Positions 1-12,168 are shown, counted from the whole stretch's first letter. The stretch is DNA of 63,880 nucleotides, filler included, from Choristocarpus tenellus KU-1152 (GCA_964200185.2; 11 parts of 11 records of this genome joined end to end with filler, not necessarily neighbours in it), one strand, 5' to 3'. Program-made: numbers and translations. Notes: generated from the sequence alone by a model not told the origin.

Positions 1-71
1 CACTTTTCCTGATTTTGGTCCAAATGGACACCCTGGTGGAGACCCCTCCCACCCCCCAGATACTTTGGGTC
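1..71 (+). mobile_element. MITE family A, right end (cut by window edge)
   Basis: Matches the 3' part of 1316-1497, ending CCCAGATACTTTGGGTC. Confidence 0.85.
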
Positions 72-1315
72 TCGTACACCACTCACATATTTCAGGTTTG
101 ATGTTTGTTTTCTCAGTCTAGGAGGTGAACGTCAGAATAATTAATGCAAGTATTGGTGGGAAAATGGTCAGAGTATGTAGCACGTTTCTATTGTTTTGTC
201 ACAACCCGTACCTAGCTCATGTTTTGTGTTGAAGATCACCATCGTCGGATGAGTTTTTCTCAGAATCCGATTCATTCGTCTATGCTCTTCCTTCTTCATT
301 GTATTCGCAATAGTACTAACACACGCAAAATATATTCAGTAGAGTAGTTGACTACAATGAAATTTATCGGTTTTGATAAATCCACACCAAAATATAACCT
401 TAACCAATTGACTTAGATTATTTTATTAATACAAACTCAGATATTATAACTACAAGGTTTGGACCTTATGAAACATAATTTGATAGGCGCTATTACGATT
501 TCTCTAGATTTATTGTAAACTGATTCATAGAACCGTACATCTATGTTTTGTGTAAGACTTCAATTGTGAAACCTCCAGTCCTATTTGTGCACTGTATCCC
601 CAAACGTTTTTCCTTTTGTATTACTTATTATTTCCCCTCATTGCACACACATTCTGCTTTATTGTAAGTGCGACAAACTGTTGCACAAAAATCAAATCAT
701 ATTCTGGATGATGCGTCCAAGACAAGATTTTTTTCGAGGTTCTCATTACTGTACTGTCCAAGTATGTGTTGACAATCAACATATTTGCGTAATGGTGATG
801 AGCAGAGCATACATTTCTCATTTCACTCACTTATCTACAGTGTTGTTGATGTTCAAGATTTGTACTGCGTTCTTGGCACACCCAAATGATATGAGAACGA
901 AATGAAGGAAGACTCTCTATGAGTGCGATTCGTAATACCACACAGAGGGAACGTTAAAACATTGGCAATCAGGCCTTTCAAGATTAATTATGGTTCCCTC
1001 TAACAGGTTTGGTTTTGCTCTATATAGGTAAACATTATAGCTAGAAGAACAAAGCAGTCGCATATAGTACACTTATTTGCAAAAATTCTCTAAAATTTTA
1101 AGGGGGGGAAGAAAAATAGGTATGGTGTGGTTTATGGTCGTTATGGGTGTGCAAGAAACCATTGTTGAATTTGAGGGATATCCTTCTTATTATATTATTA
1201 TTATTATTTCTATTATCAACAGTTTACATTGTACCGCCACGGCGTCCTACCTTGTCCTTCTTTCCTTTCTTTCCCTTACTCCCTTTGCTGTGAGGCTGCA
1301 CCATAATCTGGCACT

Positions 1316-1497
1316 GGGTGAAAGTATCTGGGGGGGGAATCGACTGTCCAATTGGGGTCAATTTTTGCATGTCGCGATTTTTGGGTGATTTGGTTCCATA
1401 CGTTGGATGGATAATGAAAGTGCACTTTTCCTGGTTTCGGTTCAAATGGACACTCTGTCTAGTGTAGACCCCCCCCCCCCCCCAGATACTTTGGGTC
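1316..1497 (+). mobile_element. MITE family A, full copy (~180 bp)
   Basis: TIRs GGGTGAAAGTATCTGGGGG...CCCCCAGATACTTTGGGTC; 3-bp TSD ACT on both sides; 9 copies or fragments in the window. Confidence 0.9.
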
Positions 1498-2506
1498 ACT
1501 GTACTTTGAGGTCTTAACTGTTGTTCTCTGTGATGATCCTGAAGAACTGAAAAATCGGAGACACCTTGCTGTTGTATTTCTCCCATTTCCCAATAATATC
1601 GCAATATCGTCATCAGCCCCAACATAGCACTTTTGAGCGTGTGCATGTACTTTGCAAGAATTCCTTAAGTGCAGAGTGCCACCTGGGTGTACCATCAGTA
1701 AATGTGCCAAGATCACCACTGGGCAAAGTTGACTCGACAGATGGAGCCATTTCTAATGCTGTTACCACTGTCACTAAGACTGTCACCGTCTCTGCATCTC
1801 CATCGCTGGCACTATCACTACTGGCAGCATCTCTATTGCTACTCATTGCAACTCAATCGTCTGTGCCCAACGTCTATCCTACCAAGATTAAGGGTGTGTT
1901 CAATGAACTTTGTGGTTCACAGAGGTGTAAGGAGTTATGTAACAAGGGGTAATACGTACGTGAATGTGAGGAATTTTCATAAACTCGCGAATCTCAAATG
2001 AACTCAGTCACGTTGACACCAAACACGCAAACATTTTACCTTGCATTAAAATATTATTATTACTAGAGTTCAAAATAGAACAATAGAAAATAATATTGAA
2101 ATTTTCCCCCTGAGACATCTGCAAAATGTCAGAGGGCATAATAATAAAATATTGAAATAAAGTTATCGGGTTAGGGTTAGCTTCGCCCTCTGTCACGTTT
2201 CTGATTGTTTTCACCGTTTGGCCCCAACAGATATACAACAATATATACATCAAATGAAAGGCTATGACAAGAGGTTTGTATCCACCAATGCACAGGCTTC
2301 GGGGAACGGGAGCTATGTCCCGATGAAATGATGGGGAAAAAATGCGGGGGAATATCTCCGGCGCAATTTTGAAGGTCACGACTTCGGAACGGGTTAAAAT
2401 GAGGTGGTTGGCTGAATCCCTTGCAGAAAACTGGGTCGGGGTAGGTCGCTGCCCAAGTTTGGTCGGCTGTAAAGAAAAAAAAAGCAGACAAATACCCCAA
2501 GATTTC

Positions 2507-2565
2507 CGGACATCTTTATATCGGGACATCTTTATATCGGGACATCTTTATATCGGGACATCTTT
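2507..2565 (+). repeat. 16-bp tandem repeat (GGGACATCTTTATATC) x~3.5
   Basis: Directly visible. Confidence 0.9.
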
Positions 2566-2620
2566 TTTTCGCCTTTGCAGACTTTCTGTGAGCACGCACA
2601 CACGTAACCCACACAGCAAC

Positions 2621-2723
2621 ATGAACCACGACGGTGAGAAAAGGAGAGACTCCAAGGACACTCTGCCCCCTGAATCTATTCTCGGCACCTTCTCTGTCGA
2701 GAGACGACGGAAAAGCAAGTACG
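2621..2723 (+). CDS. Candidate first coding exon, unknown protein (MNHDGEKRRDSKDTLPPESILGTFSVERRRKSKY)
   Basis: ATG in AGCAACATG context, open frame to a G|gtatga donor, CpG-rich surroundings; no recognisable homology. Confidence 0.3.
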
Positions 2724-2868
2724 GTATGACACTCAGTGCGATGTTAGGTGACGAGAAAGTGCGAGTAGTGTGGCACAGCAGCATAATCAAATAGCGAAAT
2801 GGATCACGGGGCCGCGATGCTGACGCTGAGAGAAGATGCGTGGAAAGCATTACCACACAAACGTGGTT

Positions 2869-2968
2869 NNNNNNNNNNNNNNNNNNNNNNNNNNNNNNNN
2901 NNNNNNNNNNNNTTAATTAATTAANNNNNNNNNNNNNNNNNNNNNNNNNNNNNNNNNNNNNNNNNNNN
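2869..2968. other. Artificial contig linker (44N-TTAATTAATTAA-44N)
   Basis: Identical 100-bp spacer with stops in all six frames, present 10 times in the window. Confidence 0.99.
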
Positions 2969-3057
2969 GATGGATACTGTAAATGTACTTTTCCTGATTT
3001 TGGTCCAAATGGACACCATGGTGTAGACCCCCCTCCACCTCCCAGATACTTTGGGTC
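2969..3057 (+). mobile_element. MITE family A, right part (cut by contig start)
   Basis: Matches family A 3' half. Confidence 0.85.
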
Positions 3058-3190
3058 TCATGTCCTGAAGTCAGTAACTAAACATTTCCAAGACTTGTGC
3101 GAAGTAGTTTGGCTTTTTTTGTATGATTACATACATAAAGGACCAATCACTTCATTCGTACCACAAGGTATTTACATCTGTACAGGTTCA

Positions 3191-3921
3191 GAGTTAAAGT
3201 ACGCGAGTGGCGCCCAGAGTTGCATTTTAAGGATGCTGACAAATGAGTGTAAAATACAGCTTTTTTACAAATAACAGTCGAATACAAAAAAAAACATATC
3301 GACACTTTATCCCAGTCTATTTTGGGTCAAGCCCATCCTCACTGAATAGATACATCCTAAATATTTGAAATCGTCTGATAAANNNNNNNNNNCCAGTCTA
3401 TTTTGGGTCAAGCCCATCCTCAATGAAAAGCTCCATCCTCAATTTTTGAAATCGGCTGTTAAATGCTTATAGAACTCTTCTCAATTATGTAGAAAACTTT
3501 CAACTTTGGTAAGAGTCAAAGTGTCATAGAGGGTAGAGCCGCGTCCGTTTAAGGTCCAAAATCCAACGTTGTAATTTTGATGTAGTTTTGGCTATCGTGC
3601 TTGTTAGGGAGTGCCATATCCTTGTTCTGGACACACCTCTATATTGGTTTATACATAATACCTACTCCGAAACCTACTCCGAAATATTTCTGAGTAGGGA
3701 AATGTCATAAAAAAAAACGTGGGAAGCCAAGCCCCAAACGGACAAACTGATCTAAAGTTGTACCCTCAAAGATACGTTGACTACACCCAGTAGAGAAATG
3801 AACAGTCTCAAGTGAAACTTAGAAAGTCATCCATAGAAATATGGGTGAATTGCGAATGATTGGAAACTGGCTTTAAGTAAAAAACGGCCAAAACCTGGGT
3901 ACCCCTCGTTTACTTTGGCTC
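3191..3921 (+). mobile_element. MITE family C containing a nested family B copy
   Basis: Termini GAGTTAAAGTACGCGAG...CTCGTTTACTTTGGCTC; both ends similar to 61627-61898; flanks TCA/TTA. Confidence 0.7.
3513..3783 (-). mobile_element. MITE family B (diverged), nested in family C
   Basis: Reverse-complement match to 15054-15309 and 32548-32817. Confidence 0.85.
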
Positions 3922-4382
3922 TTAGAACCGTTCCCCTCACTTACACCTTGACCTTTTCTGGACAGTGCTATACCCCAAATACTTTACAGGTTTAGAAAAG
4001 CATAACCATGGTATCTAATGGAGCAACAGTACAGTCGACATTTCCTTAACATACAAAAAAGATCAGCCAAAGCTCGAGACAGGACAGGTGACTCACGAGG
4101 GGCTATCACAACCACCAGCAATGTTCACGTATAGTATGTTGGCCTGTGCATAGAGCAGAGTTTAGTGGAATTCGCTTGGGACAGGATACTATTTTACGAT
4201 GGAGGGAGGATGGAGAAGAGCAAGTGCGGAATCGATGATGGAGGCGATACATTATTGTTACTTGGGGGATTGCTCCCTATAAACCGATAATCACACTCCT
4301 ATGCTCCAAGCCTATCCCTACGAAGGTATGCTACATGCAACGGGTCATAATGGTGGTTTCATAAATGCCATTATAAACTTTC

Positions 4383-4552
4383 TTGACCTTATATTTATTA
4401 TTTTGTTATTATTCGTACTCAATCCCCGTCTGTTTATAGTATTGATCAAACCCTTAAGTACTACATTTTAAAGTTGGGCTTGACCTCATATTTATGACTT
4501 GGTTAATTATTCGTACTCCATCCCTCAGTCTGTTTACAGCATTGATCAAACC
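4383..4552 (+). repeat. Imperfect tandem duplication (~100-bp period, 2 copies)
   Basis: TTGACCT.ATATTTAT...TTATTCGTACTC...GTCTGTTTA.AG.ATTGATCAAACC occurs twice. Confidence 0.75.
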
Positions 4553-6432
4553 GTAAAAGTAAGCAGTCAAAGTGAGAGACACAACATAGCGATTAGTGTT
4601 CATGGTGGCGCCGTTATCAAGTCTCACAATCAACCTACAGGTTTTAGGGCTGACGTTACTACCCCATCTCTACTATAAATAATTGTGTGAACACCGCATT
4701 TATTATATAGAGACCCACCAAGTACATCCACTGTCTTCTATTTTGAAAGGAGAGAACAAACTCAGCTCACTAAATGAGGCATTTGTTAGCTCCTTGGAAA
4801 AAGCTGGAGTCACCCTACACGGAGCCTGCACTTATGCTGGGAATCTACTCTTCACCTCTCCCAAACGAGGGAGAATGGACCTGCTTTGCGGCATCTATGA
4901 CTCGAACACCACATCCTCGTCTGGGAATAACCATGTAAAAATGTGTGAAGGCATTCGCGCATGACCACATCAATGTCTTTCAGGACACAGGTGCTTCAGA
5001 CCGTGGCCTCAAAGTGCTCCTCTACTGGAGGCATGACCCTGAGGCTAAGGATGGGAGCGTTGGCTGCTTTGTTGGGTGTACCCCGTGTGTGACCCGAGTT
5101 TTGTATGATGGGTTCAATTTTTTTTGGCATACTCCCTCTTGTTGTCCATTGATGACCTCACTCACTGTTCATTTTCTTTCTCTTGCATTGCGTCCACTTT
5201 TCAGGTGCAGAAGCAACCACCAGTTCGATATGTCACTACACAGGCAGTGGCTTACGCTATCAACATTCCCAGAAGGAGTGGAAGGTGGCAAAAGGAGCAC
5301 AAAAAAATGCTTTAATCTTCTATGAAATAAAGAGTGCTGCAACTGCTATTGACATAGGTAGTACTTGAGACACGTTTATCGGATACAGTTGAAGGAGTTA
5401 TTGATTGCATCTTAAAGGACCAGGTCACAGGGTATCCACATCACAGACCAGGAGACGAGTGATAAAGTGAAAGGCAAGCTCAGGAGTTGCCAGATAGGGA
5501 TTCACTACCCTCTTTCAACGTCACCTTATTCCTTGATAATAATGACCCGTTTCTTGATGACTCCTTAAAGTAGGTGGAAAACACAAAGTAAAACGATTGT
5601 ATTAATTAACATTGTTTATGGAACGGATGATTTAGAAATGAGGGGATTGAGTATACACGATATCACTGTTGTCTTAATATATAGTCTCTACTGTTCCAAC
5701 TGTGCTTTCAAGTCAGTAATACCTGACCAATCAATGACATAAAAATACTTTTCGTTTATGGTAGATGAGTTGGTCAGGTGGCAATCTGCTTGGACCTCTG
5801 TAAAAGCCACACCTCCAGAAGTAGGCTTTGCTCCAGTAGGGGGTTGAGCCAGCCTTTGGTAGTGTCCCAGGATGGAATATCGCATCCATGGAGAAGTTCC
5901 TGTTCACCGTGAAGGGTTTCCATCCTCCATTGTGCAAGAAATGCCAATTCCTGTGAAGATTTGGGCTAACCGTTTCACCATACATATGTGCTTGAGTATA
6001 GGCAGAGTATATAATGCGCTATTATTTCCACTATATTGATGTATAAAAGAAATCCTTGTGGGTACATCCACCAACATCCCAATCATGTCAGAGTTGGAGG
6101 CTAAGGGATAGAACTTTAGTCCTGATGCTAATCCTGAGATAGGGAGGCATTGTCGTCGATTTTTTAAGGTGTATGTGTTATTGTTTTGTCTTATCATTTT
6201 TATTTAACCTCAAGAGTACTCTGTAATAGAGTACTTGTTTTGGGGGGTAAAGTTAGGATCTTTCTTTTTCTTGTTTTCATGTCCTTTTTATTTGTTGTAT
6301 TTGCATTTTTTTCTTGCTTTTGTGAATCGTGTGATTCTGCGGCGGTGTGGTTCACTCAGGCAAGGGTAGCAAGAGAATCACCGGGCAAGATGGACCACAC
6401 GAACAAGGACGAACAGTGACCGAGGGTACGAG

Positions 6433-6532
6433 NNNNNNNNNNNNNNNNNNNNNNNNNNNNNNNNNNNNNNNNNNNNTTAATTAATTAANNNNNNNNNNNN
6501 NNNNNNNNNNNNNNNNNNNNNNNNNNNNNNNN
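6433..6532. other. Artificial contig linker
   Basis: Same 100-bp spacer. Confidence 0.99.
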
Positions 6533-7020
6533 TCACTTTTTTCCTGACTCATTATGTTGGGGACTTGAAAAATAGTCCCCCCCCCCCTCCCCCCCCCAGC
6601 CTAAACCCTCATCTATGTATGGTAAAATAGATCAATAATGTGCATGCATGCATGCATACACACTAATTGACCCGTATATGTGCTGCCCATCATCTACTCC
6701 TCACCAGCCCTATGATTGACCCCTCCCCTGCCCTCAAGGTTTTGAACGCGACGAAATGGTACTATTATTATTATCATTATTATAGTGTGTACCACTTTCT
6801 GCTTGCTCTGTCCATTGCTGGTTTGAACACTCTGTGGGACTAGTTATAAATGCACAAAGATGGTACCACATTTTGTTTTTTTATTTTTTTGAATGAAGTT
6901 ATTTTTGTCGCTACAGGAACAGCTCCCCGTATAGAGGGTTTTGTATATATGCACGGGGATTTTCCAGAGGTGAACTGCCCCGCAAACTGTTTGAGCTGAT
7001 GCTGAACAGAATTATTGTGC

Positions 7021-7278
7021 TACTGTATAGTATAGTATAGTATAGTATATTGTGTAGTGTATTCCTAGTATAGTCTAGTTTAGTGTAGCGTTTGTTGTAT
7101 ATTATACTACTGTATTGTAGTATTGTATTGTGTATTGTAGTGTAGCGTTTGTTGTATAGTATACTGCTGTATTGTACATTGTAGTATTGTATTGTATATT
7201 ATAGTATAGTATAGTATATTGTAGTGTAGCGTTTGTTGTATAGTATACTGCTGTATTGTACATTGAAGTATTGTATAC
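7021..7278. repeat. (TAGTA/TTGTA)n low-complexity repeat with a longer internal period
   Basis: Directly visible. Confidence 0.9.
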
Positions 7279-7326
7279 GTTTTCTGTGACACCTGTCATG
7301 TCCCCGACTTTTGCTCTCACCTCAAG

Positions 7327-7471
7327 GTTTTTGAAGCCCCTCTGCGACTTCACATACGGAGTATTCCTTCTGTTGGGTTTCTTTGGGAACAGGGCATCCA
7401 GGGCCCCCCCCGCCGTCATGGACACAGAAGGAGGACTGACACCTACCCCAGTGGTTCTGCCCGTGCCTGAG
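7327..7471 (+). CDS. TMEM115: TMEM115 (DUF1751, rhomboid-like Golgi protein) internal exon
   Basis: aag|G-FLKPLCDFTYGVFLLLGFFGNR...PVPE|gt; phase-compatible with the next exon. Confidence 0.6.
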
Positions 7472-8179
7472 GTGGGTAGAAGAGACTGGTTGGTGTGTGT
7501 TGATTATTACTACTACTGCTACTACTACTATTATAATTATCATTGCCGTCTTCACTTTAGTATAGGGATTGTACCAACCCGTGGTCAGAGGCACTAACTC
7601 TGACCTCGCTTCTTGTCCTATTAGTAACTGCCGCGACTACCAACTGCACTCCTCCTCAAAAGGCCAAAAAAATATATAATAAAATACGAACTAATTTATT
7701 TTATTCTTTCTTATTCTATTAATGTTGAAAAATGTTGGTGACCTTCGAGGAAAGCATTTTCAAAAAAAAATTTAACGTATTTGCCTGTATTGCCTGCTAT
7801 TTTCAACACATTTTTTTTTTAATGCACCACTCGCAAAAAAAAAAAAAAAAACTGGAAAAATTTAAAACTTTTTCTTGTAAGAAATTGCCCNNNNNNNNNN
7901 AAAAAAAAATTTAACATATTTGCTTGTATTGCTTTTTTTTTTCATCACATTTTTTTTTTAATGCACCACTCTGAAAAAAAAAAAAAAAGCTGGAAAATTC
8001 TGAAACTCTGCCGGGTAAGAAATTGGACGTTGGCGAGGCCATACAATGCTATATATATATATACCTCTAACGGTACAACAAGTTACCGTTATACCGTCAA
8101 CAAACTTTTTTTGTTGGTAACACTGAACTGCTGACTAAGGAGAAATCTTATTTGCACCCCGATGTGCTGGACCCTGCTT

Positions 8180-8262
8180 ACCCCTCCCCTGCCCTGCCCT
8201 GCCCTTCCCTGCCCTGCCTTACCATGCCCTGCCTTACCATGTCCCCTGCCTTGCCCTCTCCC
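8180..8262. repeat. (CCCTG/CCTTA)n pentamer repeat, intronic
   Basis: Directly visible. Confidence 0.85.
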
Positions 8263-8322
8263 CCACATCCCTCCTCTGTGGGTGTCTGTGTTTACCTGGT
8301 GGGACTGCTTTGTTGAAAAAAG

Positions 8323-8414
8323 GTTAGGGATCCAGTGGCGGAGCGTCGGAGGGCTAGAGCTATGAGGCTGCTGGATGAGAAGTTTGCTAAGCTGAGTGCC
8401 AAGACGGCCGCTCG
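8323..8414 (+). CDS. TMEM115: TMEM115 exon with C-terminal coiled-coil motif
   Basis: VRDPVAERRRARAMRLLDEKFAKL resembles the TMEM115 DPxxAERRRxxALKALxERL motif; donor gtatgt. Confidence 0.75.
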
Positions 8415-8568
8415 GTATGTGCATGGTTATTTGCAGGCTGGGATATGAGTGAGTGTTGATAAGAGTTGGGGGCGGAGAGATGGGGGATATTTAGGGTTGG
8501 GGGTGGTGGTGGTTGTGGTCATGGTCATGGTCATGGTTTCTTTCTCTTTGTGATTGTTTTTTGAGATT

Positions 8569-8696
8569 GGTGTACCTTTTTTGAGATGTTTGATGATGTG
8601 GTGTAGAAGGGTACATTTTGTGGTGTACCTTTTTTGAGATGTCTGACAATGTGGTGTAGAAGGGTACACAATCAATCGTGTGGTGTACCTCTTTTG
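8569..8696. repeat. ~55-bp imperfect tandem repeat x~2.3
   Basis: GGTGTACCTTTTTTGAGATGT...TGTGGTGTAGAAGGGTACA repeated. Confidence 0.75.
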
Positions 8697-9505
8697 TGTG
8701 CATTTCTTGGAGTTTTCTTTTTTTGATGTGAAATCAACTACCTTTTTTTGTCGGTAGTACGATCATTTATTATTATTTTCAGGCACACATCGAAGGGTAC
8801 TGGGCCTACAGTATAGGGTTAGGGTATAGTGCATAGTGCACAACTGACTGCAGGGGAAAATTGTCATTTTTGGTGATGATAGGATGTAAGTAATATTTGG
8901 GGGAGTGGAGTAGAGGGGAAATGTCAGTCAGTTTTTTTCTTTAATATTGAACGGGCACAATTATAGCCTGTTTTGGTCACGTTATAGTCCTATTCCATCA
9001 CCGTTGGTACGGATTATTGAGTCAAAAAGACTGACTGGAAGGTGGGGGGGGGGGGGGGGGGGGGGGGGTTTTTTTTTTTTTTGTGTTTTTTTTTTTGGGG
9101 GTGGTGTTGTGTGTGGTGGGGGGGGGGGCGTTTGGAGTTTTTGTATATATTGTCCTTTTTTTTTTAGTATGAAAATTTTGTATATATTATTTGGCGTTTG
9201 AATAATGCATCATCGCTACGGATAGCATGATAGCATGCTTCTGCCAACTGAATCTACTCACAAGAAAAAGAAAAAGACCACATACTCTCCGCCCCTGAAG
9301 AACTTGTGTTCCAAAATCTCTTGAAGGTACAAGAAAGTCAGAGGAACCCATGACTTCAAACCCAGTTGCACCCTACCCTCCCTTTACAGTTTTTTACTAT
9401 TAGGTTGTATCAACCTATTTTGTGCTCAGATATGTACGTATACATGCATATTTGTGTGTGTGTGTGTGGTGTGTACATGGCTCGATGGGATCTCTGCCTG
9501 AATAG

Positions 9506-9621
9506 AGGGGAGGATGAACAGCAAAGAGGTGTTGTATTTGGAAGGGTTAAACCCTCTCCAGTCAGGCTGTCAGGCATTGACCTCCCCAGCACTTCTGCTG
9601 TCCCCTCTTGTGGTACTGATG
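9506..9621 (+). CDS. TMEM115: Probable next TMEM115 exon (cut by contig end)
   Basis: tag|A-GEDEQQRGVVFGR...; phase matches the previous exon (CG|A); no conserved motif. Confidence 0.4.
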
Positions 9622-9721
9622 NNNNNNNNNNNNNNNNNNNNNNNNNNNNNNNNNNNNNNNNNNNNTTAATTAATTAANNNNNNNNNNNNNNNNNNNNNNN
9701 NNNNNNNNNNNNNNNNNNNNN
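9622..9721. other. Artificial contig linker
   Basis: Same 100-bp spacer. Confidence 0.99.
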
Positions 9722-10139
9722 CTGTTCTACATAATGAGGAAATAATCGAGTTATTTACACACCCAAGTCTTGGGAACACCAGTTTCTTTAACAGTCAATA
9801 TCCTTGTTTTAAACACACCTTTTCATAACATACACATTTTACATACTCCTCACCGGTCAATCCAGTGTAGAGATGGAAGGGATGGATTTGACCTAGACAG
9901 ACTTGAAGATTGGTTTGGAACTTGGGAACGTTTAATGGAGGGGAAGAGTTATGTAAGAAATAGTTACAGGATATAAGGAAGCTAGAAAGAGAAGGGGAAG
10001 GGCAATGGGATGAGTTCGAAGGGGACTCGCAACGATTGGTATCAAAGTTGGGACAGAAATGGAGTCCTTCGTACATGAACTGGGGTAGGATTGAGTGGCA
10101 CTTCGGGGAGGAGATTGTATTTTCACAGATAGGGAAGCT

Positions 10140-10620
10140 ATGGGTAGTAGTACAATAAGGAGTATCAGTAAATGCTAATGGGAGAAGGGATGGTCGAAGG
10201 TAGGCCAGCGTATGGGATTCATAGTAGTACAGAATATCAGGAAAGATTATTGTTACCGAATGTGGTAGGGAATGTGACTCAGGGCAGCGCATTGGTTTTT
10301 CCCGAGGCGGCAACAACCGAAATTCCAGGAATTGCGTTTGTCCCCAGTAGGAGTTGTCCAAGAACTACCCAAGGATAGAATTATCAATGATTTATCGTGT
10401 CAACAGGATAGTTGTGTACCGAGTTGTAAATGCAAAACCCAGAGTTTGAGGCTATTCCCCCTGCGCACTGTGATACTACCTCTGTGCCATAAGTTTGTAC
10501 TGCGTACTATCTGGACTCGCAGAGCGAGAACAGCGCCTAATCGGACGATAAGCCCACAGAATGAAATCAGAATGATAATCTCAGCTTTCAGAAGAGGTAG
10601 GGGTCGAGGATAATCAAGTA
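10140..10620 (+). pseudogene. Frameshifted reverse-transcriptase remnant, DIRS/Ngaro-like retrotransposon
   Basis: Across shifting frames: AYGIHSS...VTQGSALVFP...IPG/LRLSPVGVVQELPKDRIINDLS...SVNA...ISAFR; resembles the SPxGVVxKxxKxRxIxDLS...SVN segment of DIRS-order RTs. Confidence 0.55.
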
Positions 10621-11467
10621 CAAGCTCGAGGTGCTTGAAGCCGCCATTGTAGGGGTCGTTTGGGGTGATTTTGAGGCCAGAACTGGCCACGTCAAGGGTC
10701 AGAAGGTCACCATCGAGAAATTTCAGGGCAGGCCCAGCAGAAGATTAGGGGGAAAGACAAAGCGACAAGTGGTGGGAGTGCTTATAGACAGTTCAACCAC
10801 AGGAACTGATCTATGATGGCTTGTAAGGACTCCACCCGACGTTGGGACTTACAGCTTTGTTATTTGTTTAAGGAGTGAGGATAGGTCCTGTCAAGGACCA
10901 TACATGCTCCTACCAATAGTAGCAAAACTGCCAGCTCCACAAAGGAGTGCAAATATCTTAGAGGGTACGAGGATTTCCCCGTTTGTCCATTCATTGAAGG
11001 CTTGACTTCCCATGGGGGTGTTCTCATGCTGACGTTCTGACCCTCGACGTAGCCAGTTCTGGCCTCAAAATCACCCCAAACGACCCCTACAATGGCGGCT
11101 TCAAGCACCTCGAGCTTGTACTTGATGATCCTCGACCCCCACCTCTTCTGAAAGCTGAGATTATCATTCTGATTTCATTCCGTGGGCGTATCGTCCGATT
11201 GGGGGCCGTTCTCGCTCTGTGAGCCCAGATAGTACGCAGTACAAACTTATGGCACAGAGGTAGTATCACAGTGCGCAGGGGGGATAGTCTCAAACTCTGG
11301 ATTTTGCGTTCACAACTCGGTACACAACTATCCTGTTGACACGATAAATTATTGATAATCTTATTCTTGGTTAGTTCTTGGACAACTCCTACTGGGGACA
11401 AACGCAATTCCTGGAATTTCGGTTGTTGCCGCCTCGGGAAACACCAATGCGCTGCCCTGAGTCACAT
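10272..11467. repeat. Long inverted repeat: arms 10272-10719 and 11021-11467, ~300-bp spacer
   Basis: Hand alignment gives about 24 substitutions and 1 indel over ~447 bp (~94% identity). Confidence 0.97.
10945..11018 (+). mobile_element. MITE family B, truncated left end
   Basis: GAGTGCAAATATCTTAGAGGGTACG...GTTTGTCCATT...GGCTTGACTTCCCATGGG. Confidence 0.8.
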
Positions 11468-12168
11468 GGTCGTAGATAGTGCTGCTGATACACTATAGAC
11501 ACCACTGGTGGATTATGTGATAGGGTAGAGAGCCAATGACAGATATATTGTATGTACTGACTCATAGTGTTGATTGGTTGTATCATGTTCTAGATACACT
11601 TCCTATACTAAAGATAAGTAAATAAGTAATTCATAGTAAATTCGTGTGGACGATTACAAACCCCACACTATAGAGTAATGATGGTAGTTAAGGCTAGAGT
11701 CTCACCCACGAGCTCAGTCAGCGGAATCGAGACTACAAAGGCCCTTATAATACTAACATTGTTCATCTATATCAAGCTGTTCTTTGTCCTTCATTAAAGC
11801 CCCATAAAAGCCACGGGTCCAGTGTGGGATAGTTCAACACGCTACGTAGCGTGTTGAATATTCCTGGGACGTTGTGCGAAGCGACAAGACTGGTAGTGAG
11901 CATTGTTATTGTGTACAAGACATCTGCCGTCAACCCCATCAGGGTCGCCAACCTCCCCATATTAGCTGGGAAGTAGGGAGTGGATTTCTTCGGTTTTTGC
12001 GGTTCGTTCTTAGGTCATCCGAAATGTTTGTAGCTGCGACTTTGCGCTACTTGACCCTGACATAGTCTGTGAAGGGTCGATTTGGACGTGGAGTCAAGGA
12101 AGGCTGCACCCAAGTTCAAAGGATAGTGCGCGAGTGCTTCAGCAGCCACGGTAACATTTGGAGACGGT

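Noticed and set aside
3312-3463. ~70-bp direct repeat around a 10-N gap
   Set aside because: Typical unmerged overlap at a scaffold gap.
7762-8026. ~125-bp direct repeat around a 10-N gap
   Set aside because: Same scaffolding artefact; differences cluster near homopolymers.
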